Assembly (NCBI GenBank): GCA_013239625.1
Contig: MU053561.1
Coordinates: 126,826-190,825 of the forward strand
Source of the DNA: Lama guanicoe
Taxonomy: Eukaryota
Direction of reading: 5' to 3'
Length of the DNA: 64,000 nucleotides
Shown: piece after piece, positions 62,100 to 64,000 of the stretch
Layout: every line of letters begins with the position of its first letter
Numbering within the stretch: the stretch's first letter is position 1
Notes under the pieces: generated by a model
What the model was told of the DNA's origin: nothing
Databases searched by the model: none
What the model saw: the letters and a program-made list of their open reading frames with translations, nothing else
Position numbers and translations under genes: made by a program

Positions 62100-63160
62100 T
62101 CATTTTGTCCCTCACTTTTCTACCCAGTCTAATCTGGCATTGTCTCCCACTGTGTTGAAGGCGCTTTCACTAAGGACAGTAATGTCTGCCCTCCCCCCAT
62201 ATTACTAAATCCAATGGATACATCAATCTCTATCTTACTTGACTGAGCAGCGTCTGATGCTACTGACCTCCTTGATGAATTCACCATCCTCCTTTGGTTT
62301 CCACGCATTATTATTATTTTCCGACATGAGTCATGGCTCTTCAGTGTCCTTTGAAAGCTCCTCTTTCTCTACGAACTTGTTAAGTGTTGTTATTCCTTGG
62401 GACCCCATCCTATGTCAGACTCTTTCCTCTACAGATTCCGAGAAATCGCATCCCCTTTTGTAGCTTTAGTTGAGATCTATATGCCAGTGACGTCCAAATC
62501 TCTACCTTCCCTGAACTCCAGACACATATTCAACTGCCCTCTAGAGCCTCTCCAACTGGAAATTCCTGAAACCATAGTAACTCACTCCTTTAAACTATTC
62601 CTTCTTGTAATGTTTCTTATTCAACTATATGCCACAACATCCACCCAGATGCTCTAGCCAGAAACCTAGGATTCATCCTCATTGGTCTTTCGCTCACCCT
62701 CCACATTCGATCAATAACCAAGTCCAGTAAAATCTACTCCTTTGGATCTACCCACTTACCCTCATCCCCACCTGGCCTGAGTGATCACTCGTGGATTTTT
62801 GCAAGTCTTTGCTAGTTTCCTGCCTCCAGTTTTCCTCTCATTAGGTCATTTCCCACCAGTCAACAGAAAGTTTTTATATATGTAATTCTGAGAAATTCAC
62901 ATCCTTTGTTTAAAGTCATTTAGTTGCTTCCCACTGTCCTTAGGCTAGAGTCCAAACTTCTTAGCGTGGCCCATAAAACTTTCATGATCATCAACATGCC
63001 TATCTGCCTTCAGTCTGTGCCCCACTCTTACTGGATTCCAGGGTTTCAGACACACACTGTTTCCTCTTGCTTCTATGCCTTCACAAATACTCTCCTTTGT
63101 CTGCAACACTCTATTATAGGACCTCAAACATACCTAGTCTAAATTCAAATCCCAAGTTAT
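62100..63160 (+). mobile_element. L2 fragment
   Basis: ccagtctaatctggc...tactaaatccaatggata...ctccagacacatattcaactgcc...gccagaaacctaggattcatcctc. Confidence 0.75.
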
Positions 63161-63297
63161 CATTTATATTATTCCTCACTCAGCACCGAATTTCAATATT
63201 TAATTTTAAATTAACTCTTGAATTAAGACCCGAATTAACCTTATCTCATTCAATCCATTTCTTATTTCTTTGAAAAATACATCCAAGGGTATGTTCT

Positions 63298-63620
63298 TTT
63301 TTTTTTAATTTTTAGTTGACTATTCTTTTAGAGCAGTTTCAGGTTCACAAAAGAAGTGAGCAGAAAATACAGAATTTGCACACAGCCCTCCCCACCCACA
63401 CATATATATACTTCCCTACCCTCAACATTCCTCATCAGTGAGGCATATTTGGTACAACTGATGAACCAACATGGGCACATTATTATCAACCAAAGTCCAC
63501 AGTTTACATTAGGTTCACTCTTGATGTTGTACATTCTATGGGCTTTGACAAATGCATAATGACATATAGCCACCACTATAGTGTCATATAGAATAATTTC
63601 ATTGCCCTAAAAATCCCCAC
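63298..63620 (-). mobile_element. L1M 3' end fragment
   Basis: ttttagagcagtttcaggttcacaaaa...aaaatacaga...gttgtacattctatgggctttgacaaatg. Confidence 0.8.
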
Positions 63621-64000
63621 GGGTGTGTTCTAATGAAAATGTATTTGAACTAACTCACTATGCTCAGGATTGACTTTTACCATAGCTGAATGTGAACTGG
63701 AACATATTTTTTAAAGTACTAGAATATTTTCTTGATTATTACTCATCATGACATTCTATCTTTGGAATTTCTTGTTTATTTCCAGTTGGCTTGAACCAGT
63801 CTCCTTTCTTACCTCTCAGCCCTTCTCCTCTGGTTACCCTACACTTGCCCCTTGTTGGATCCAGTTTGCATGCAGCGGTAGCTGCTGTGGGGCTGCGGTT
63901 AAATAGAACTGCTCAGACTGCAACAGGAAAGCACTGAATCGAAAGCAAAGGGGAGGAAGCACAAACCGATACCCACCACAAAGCTGCTGAGTGCCCAGCA

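Noticed and set aside
1..64000. CRISPR arrays, prokaryotic operons, rRNA or a novel multi-gene system
   Set aside because: The sequence is ordinary repeat-rich mammalian DNA; I saw no spaced repeat arrays or unexplained long ORFs.

Overview
Mammalian genomic DNA, very probably a camelid (alpaca/camel lineage): six tRNA-Ala-derived vic-1-type SINEs are present. The window holds two divergently transcribed genes. (1) A complete five-exon SEC22B gene on + (CDS 37996-38070, 44424-44533, 47349-47509, 49140-49286, 52655-52809; 648 nt, 215 aa, all introns GT-AG). (2) The distal CpG-island first coding exon of PDE4DIP/myomegalin on - (22806-22574, MKRTDSGSCCRRRC...AAAAEEEEAAAAAAPCMR), whose first intron runs off the left end of the window. 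The rest is mostly interspersed repeats (L1, L2, MIR, MaLR/ERVL/ERV LTRs, hAT and Tigger DNA transposon fossils) and microsatellites. Repeat family names and boundaries come from recalled consensus sequences and are approximate. I found no convincing new biological system. The best leads are an orphan CpG-rich promoter-like element with a UPRE/CREB3-type site about 3.5 kb upstream of SEC22B, a uORF cluster ahead of the weak PDE4DIP start codon, an unexplained 54-bp direct repeat 1084 bp apart, an L1 insertion with an unusually long (~48 bp) flanking duplication, and two apparent substitutions in the otherwise near-invariant SEC22B protein.
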